64,000 nt of DNA from Mustelus asterias (Eukaryota). The DNA is taken from the NCBI RefSeq assembly GCF_964213995.1, contig NC_135820.1:34286001-34350000 (forward strand), read 5' to 3'. Shown piece by piece: positions 58,432 to 64,000 of the stretch; within the stretch, counting starts at the first letter, position 1; every line of letters starts with the position of its first letter. Position numbers and translations under genes: made by a program. The notes beneath the pieces are model-generated. The model was not told where the DNA came from. It searched no databases and was given only the letters and a program-made list of their open reading frames with translations.

Positions 58432-61400
58432 ATGGAACAAATATTAAAACCAGAACGTCTGGCGCTGGACCCACGTGCGGTCGGTGCCGCTAACACCTTC
58501 GACCACTGGTGGAAGTGTTTCGAAGACTACCTGGCAGCCTCTGTAGCTGTTACTACAGACGATGACAAACTCCAGGTCCTCCACGCGAGGGTAAGCGACA
58601 CGATTTATCTTGCGATTCGTGCGGCCACCACTTACCCGAGGGCCATCGAGCTCTTGAAGAAACGATATACGAGACCACCCAACGAGATACACGCTCGTTA
58701 CCTCCTCGCTACACGACGTCGGCAGTCGGGCGAAACCATGGAGGACTACGCCAATGAGCTCTTGCAGCTTGCCAGGGGTTGCGATTGTAAAGATGTGTCA
58801 GCAGAGCAATATATGTACGACCTCGCTCGAGATGCGTTCGTAGCAGGGGTAGGGTCCTCGTACATCCGGCTTAAGTTATTAGAGAAAGGGAACCTCAACT
58901 TGACCCAAGCGATGGAGATGGCTGAGATGCTGGAAGCAGCGTCGAAAAGCTTGGCTCTGTACCCCGAAGACCACGCGGAGACAACGTGGCAAGAGCAAGC
59001 ACAAATCCCTCCTCGCCCCACGGGCTCGCGCTCCCATATCGATCCGACGACGGCGGCAGCTCCAGGCGGCCAGCGATGCTATTTTTGCGGCGGGGCCAAG
59101 CATTCACGGCAGCAGTGTCCTGCAAAAACGGCAATCTGCAGCCAGTGTGGTAAAAAGGGCCACTATGCTAAAGTTTGCAGGTCGAAGCCCAAAAACGGCA
59201 GTGCAGCCTGTGACCCTCCAGAGCGGAGACAATCTCCTTCGGCGTCGCAGTACCCACGAGGTCCGACCACATGCGAATCCAGGACGGCGCCATCGTGGCT
59301 GACGGAGGAGGAGGAAGACCACCAGGAGTCGCTACGTTTGGCGCCCTCACCCACGTGCGATTCATGGGGGCGGCCATCATGGTCAACGACGACTAGGAGC
59401 GACCAGCAGGGGTCCTCAGCATCAACCTCGGCTGCATGCAGTGACGCCCGGGGGCCAACGGTGGCGTCGATCTCTCTGGACCAGACAAAGCATCACAGGC
59501 TTGATAATTCCATGATGAACATCAAGGTAAATGGTCGTACTGTGTATTGTCTGTTTGACAGTGGGAGCACCGAGAGTTTTATTCACCCTGACACTGCAAA
59601 AAGGTGTGGACTCCGGGTTCTACCTGCCAAACAGACAATTTCCATGGCATCACGGTCCCGGTCTGTACCGATCCAAGGACGTTGTATGGTAACCCTAGAG
59701 GTACAGGGCACAATTTACGAGCAATACAGGCTCCTTGTGTTACCGCACCTTTGTGCACCAATTCTCCTCGGACTAAATTTTATGGTCCACATGAAGAGTG
59801 TGATCCTACAGTACGGTGGGCCACTCCCTTCACTGGCAGTAGGGAATCAGCCGCAGCCTCCAAATTGCCCAAAGCGCCCCGCATGCAATCTCTCCACACT
59901 AAAAATCACCACACCTTCTTTATTTAAGAATCTGGTACCAGGCTGCAAGCCCATTGCTACTAAGAGTAGGCGTTACAGCGCTGAAGACCGGATCTTTATC
60001 AGATCTGAGGTTCAGCGGCTCCTCAAGGAAGGGATCATACAGGCCAGTGCTAGTCCGTGGAGAGCGCAGGTCGTGGTGGTTAAAAGCGGGAACAAACCTC
60101 GGATGGTCATCGACTACAGTCAGACCATTAACCGTTATACGCAGCTGGATGCGTATCCTCTCCCGCGCATTTCTGATATGGTCAATCAGATTGCGCAGTA
60201 CCGGGTGTTCTCTACCATAGACCTTAAGTCCGCCTACCATCAACTCCCCATCCGCCCAGAGGACCGACAATACACGGCTTTTGAGGCGGATGGTCGTCTA
60301 TACCATTTTCTCAGGGTTCCATTTGGTGTCACCAATGGGGTCTCGGTCTTCCAGCGTGCTATGGACCGAATGGTGGACCAGAACGGGTTGCGGGCTACCT
60401 TCCCGTACCTGGATAACGTCACCATCTGCGGCCATGACCAGCAGGACCATGACACGAATCTCCAACACTTTCTGCGCACTGCATCTCGCCTGAATCTGAC
60501 CTATAACAGGGAGAAGTGCGTATTCCGTACGCGCAGGTTAGCTATCCTTGGATACGTGGTGGAAAACGGGGTCATTGGCCCTGATCCAGATCGTATGCGC
60601 CCCCTTACTGAACTTCCCTTGCCCGCTAGCACAAAAGCACTGAGGAGATGCCTCGGCTTCTTTTCGTATTATGCGCAGTGGGTCCCCAACTACGCGGACA
60701 AAGCTCGTCCGCTCATCAAGTCCACGACCCTCCCACTCACGCCGGAGGCCCAATTGGCCTTCAAGGCTTTGAAAAGCGACATTGCGAAAGCCACGATGCA
60801 CGCGGTGGATGAATCCATCCCTTTCCAGGTGGAAAGTGATGCATCTGATTTCGCCCTAGCCGCCACACTAAACCAGGCAGGCAGGCCCGTTGCGTTCTTT
60901 TCCCGCACCCTTCAAGGCCCCGAAATTCGGCACTCAGCGGTGGAGAAGGAGGCTCAGGCCATTGTGGAGGCCATCAGACACTGGCGCCATTACCTGGCGG
61001 GGAAGCGGTTCACCCTGATCACGGATCAACGATCCGTGGCGTTTATGTTCAGTAACACGCAGAGGGGCAAGATCAAGAACGATAAGATCTTGCGGTGGAG
61101 AATTGAGCTCTCCACCTATAATTACGATATTATGTATCGTCCAGGGAAGCTCAATGAGCCCTCGGATGCCCTCTTGCGCGGAACATGCGCCATCATGCAG
61201 GAGGACCGCTTGAAGGCCCTCCACAATGACCTGTGTCATCCTGGAGTCACCCGACTCTACCACTTCGTAAAAGCCCGCAACCTGCCCTACTCGGTGGAGG
61301 ATGTCAGGTCAGTGACGAGAAGCTGTCGGATTTGCGCGGAATGCAAACCGCACTTTTATCGACCGGACCGGGCACAATTGGTCAAGGCCACTCGCCCCTT

Positions 61401-61452
61401 CGAGAGGCTGAGTGTGGATTTTAAGGGCCCCCTTCCCTCAACGGACCGGAAT
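58432..61452 (+). CDS. Gypsy gag-pol polyprotein (Gag with two CCHC knuckles, protease LFDSGS, RT, RNase H, integrase Zn finger)
   Basis: Single frame from ATG 58432; CYFCGGAKHSRQQC, CSQCGKKGHYAKVC, PFG, YLDN, SDASD, HPG...CRIC motifs; frame breaks at ~61452. Confidence 0.93.
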
Positions 61453-62407
61453 TGTCTATTTTCTCAATATAATAGACAAGTACTCCCGGTTCCCGTTTGT
61501 TGTCCCCTGTGCGGACATGTCGACTGCCACAGTGATTAAGGCATTCAGTGATCTTTTTACCCTGTTCGGGTACCCCTGCTACATACATAGCGACAGGGGC
61601 TCGTCGTTCATGAGTAACGACTTGAGGCAATTCCTGCTCTCATACGGGATTGCCTCTAGTAGAACCACGAGCTACAACCCTCGGGGTAACGGACAGGTGG
61701 AGAGGGAGAATGCTACAGTCTGGAAGGCTGTCCTACTGGCGCTGAAATCCAGGGGCCTTCCAGTCTCCCGTTGGCAGGAGGTCCTTCCAAATGCGCTTCA
61801 TTCCATCCGCTCCCTCCTGTGTACGGCAACCAATGCTACTCCCCACGAGAGGATGTTCTCATTCCCTCGGAAGTCGTCCTCGGGGATCTCCTTACCAGCC
61901 TGGTTGACGTACCCAGGACCCGTCCTTCTGCGGCGACATGTGAGGGCCCGCAAGTCCGACCCCTTGGTCGAACCGGTCCAACTCCTCCACGCCAACCCTC
62001 AGTATGCCTATGTAGCATATCCTGACGGGCGAGAGGACACAGTCTCGATTCGAGACCTGGCGCCCGCAGGGGACGTAGCAACTCCTGTCGCTCCCATACC
62101 CCCTGTCACGAATCCCCTATCACTTATTTCTTCCCCAGACGTGGCGCGGTCAGCACCGGGACCAGTGCATAACAGTTATACTCCCATGTACAGCTTGCCT
62201 GAGACTTGGAGATCGGCGCCACCACAGAAGGTTCCAGGATCCCCTGCACCATCGCCTCACCAGGGTCAACCGGCCCGGGAGTCCTCGAGGGGACAGCCGG
62301 ACGCTGTTTTGGAGAGAACGCCACCGCAAGCACCTGCTCCGGTGTCGCAACCGGTGTTGAGGAGATCACAGCGACGGTGCGGTCCTCCAGACCGTCTGGA
62401 CTTGTGA
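61453..62407 (+). CDS. Gypsy integrase core and C-terminus (after a +1 frameshift)
   Basis: YSRFPF, IHSDRGSSF, YNPRGNGQVERENA DDE motifs and terminal LRRSQR...PPDRL; frame is +1 relative to upstream pol. Confidence 0.9.
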
Positions 62408-62470
62408 ATTTTGTACATATGTGACCTGTTTTCGCACCCCGCTGGCCTTTGTTTTTAAAGGAGGGGTGAA

Positions 62471-62723
62471 TGTGGTGAACCATCGTTGGTTGCCACTGTG
62501 GGGGTTGTATAATGTTGTTGGGTTAGGGTGTTTACCTGTGGTAGATGTTGTTATGGCACATCCCGGTCGGGCCCCGCCTCCTGGGGAGAGGTATAAGACC
62601 CTCTGCTCCGGCGGGACCCCTCCAGTCTGAACTGGTGTACTCGTGTTAGTTAGTTCCATTGTTTGCTAATAAAAGCCTTCAATAGCTGAAGCCTTGTTCC
62701 ACGTGCTTGATTGTCACGCATCA
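62471..62723 (+). repeat. 3' LTR (AATAAA 62668-62673)
   Basis: Identical to the 5' LTR except A62716 vs G58382. Confidence 0.97.
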
Positions 62724-62782
62724 GCCTGCACTGCACAAAACAACATATATTAGCAGACCTACCACACACTTCTCATATATTG

Positions 62783-63075
62783 GGGTAGCATGTTGGCACA
62801 GTGGTTAGCATTGCTGCCTCAGCACCAGGGACCCAAGTTTGATTCCCAGCTTGGGTGATTGTGCAGAGTCTGCACGTTCTCCCTGTTTCTGTGTGGGTTT
62901 CCTCTGGGTGCTCCGGTTTCTTCCCACAGTCCAAAAGACATGCTAAATTCTCCCTCAGTGTACCTGAACAGGTGCAGGAGTGTGGTGACTAGGGAAATTT
63001 CACAATAACTTATTTGCAGTGTTAATGTAAGCCTACTTGTGACACTAATACATAAACTTTAAACTTTTAAAACTT
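62783..63075 (+). mobile_element. V-SINE with alternative tail ending in (AAACTTT)n
   Basis: tRNA head and V-core followed by the GTGACTAGGGAAATTTCACA tail. Confidence 0.8.
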
Positions 63076-63585
63076 TGAAACACTTGAAAACTTTAACATA
63101 ACACCTATAGTAACATGAAGCATGCAATATATTCTTCTTCTTGCCTATCTATAACCTATATGACACCATCTCTTCAGCATCCACTTGAGTAGAATCTAAA
63201 AGTGGAAAGGGGTTGTATGGGTGGAGTAAGAGTCATCCATTTTCCAAGTAAAATTAATACTCGAGTAAAATTAGTTGCTGACTCTTTCAAAAAATGTGGA
63301 GATGTGTGGCTTTTGCTACCAAATAAACCTGTTGGACTTTAACCTGGTGTTGTTAAACTTCTTACTGTCTTTCAAAAAAGACAGCACTGTGGCATTATGG
63401 GCTGAATGGCCTCCTGCTGTGCTGTCAGATGCTATGAAGTTTAGCTGTGCTAATATTGTCGACTTTAAGGGTCACAAGTTTCATTGCTCAACAAATATAG
63501 ACCCAGTCAGTTGGAGTTTAATTGTTTTCGCTCAGTGAACTTTGCTGTTTGGAATACATTTGTCAGTCTCAAGTTGCAGGACAGA

Positions 63586-63884
63586 AGTAAAGTTTATTTA
63601 TTAGTAACAAGTAGGCTTACATTCACACTGCAATGAAGTTACTGTGAAAATCCCCTAGTCACCACACTCGGGCCCCTATTCGGGTACACTGAGGGAGAAT
63701 TTAGCATGGCCAATGCACACAACCAGCACGACTTTCAGACTGTGGGAGGAAACCAGAGCACCTGGAGGAAACCCACGCAGACACGGGGAGAACATGCAAA
63801 CTCCACACAGACAGTGGCCCAGCCGGGAATCAAACCCAGGTCCCGGGTGTTGTGAGGCAATAGTGCTAACCACTGTGCCACCCA
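63586..63884 (-). mobile_element. V-SINE with alternative tail
   Basis: Inverted copy of the 62783 type. Confidence 0.82.
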
Positions 63885-64000
63885 TAGGGTTTAGGCAGAA
63901 AACATCCAGCACTCTAAGATTGTTATGACCCTGCAACAAAGGATAATGTCTGAATTCTATCCCACACACACAGATGAAGAATATTTTAACAATTCTGTCT

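Larger units (their letters stand above)
58137..62723 (+). mobile_element. Ty3/Gypsy LTR retrotransposon, near-intact, very recent insertion
   Basis: TG...CA LTRs of 253 bp with 1 mismatch, TSD GCCTG (58132-58136, 62724-62728), PPT at 62457-62470, gag-PR-RT-RH-IN order. Confidence 0.97.

Noticed and set aside
61412-61539. Programmed frameshift in the Gypsy integrase
   Set aside because: The shift is +1, falls inside the catalytic core, has no slippery motif, and is removed by deleting one T.
58444-62659. Many antisense and overlapping ORFs in the Gypsy element and CR1, including identical ORFs in both LTRs
   Set aside because: They are shadow ORFs expected in GC-rich coding sequence and duplicated LTRs; no recognisable domain or env-like ORF is present.

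Overview
Vertebrate genomic DNA, almost certainly from a shark, inferred from the HE1-type V-SINEs, a Deu-domain SINE and elasmobranch-type CR1 LINEs. The window lies inside one large + strand gene. I could join 15 coding exons (4451-57462) with GT-AG boundaries and matching phases into about 962 uninterrupted codons of a PLEKHG4/PLEKHG4B/ARHGEF40 (puratrophin/Solo)-family RhoGEF, covering the Sec14-like region, spectrin-like repeats, the DH domain and the first half of the PH domain. I found neither the start nor the stop codon in the window. The introns are dense with mobile elements: a young full-length CR1 LINE with intact ORF1 and ORF2 (minus strand), a very young Ty3/Gypsy element (253-bp LTRs with one mismatch, 5-bp TSD), a related solo LTR, nested CR1s, Vingi/Ingi, RTE and Rex1/Babar fragments, many SINEs and MITEs, a 20-bp minisatellite and a 144-N gap. 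Three observations stand out. (1) A U_UUA_AAC slippery heptamer is correctly phased at the CR1 ORF1 stop with ORF2 in the -1 frame, a candidate programmed frameshift in a LINE. (2) The Gypsy element has no tRNA PBS; in its place are 15 nt perfectly complementary to its own LTR poly(A)-signal region, suggesting self-priming or poly(A) occlusion, and its RT motif is YLDN. (3) A highly structured ~315-bp SINE-like element carries two U2 snRNA 5' segments. Family names come from recalled motifs; no database searches were run.
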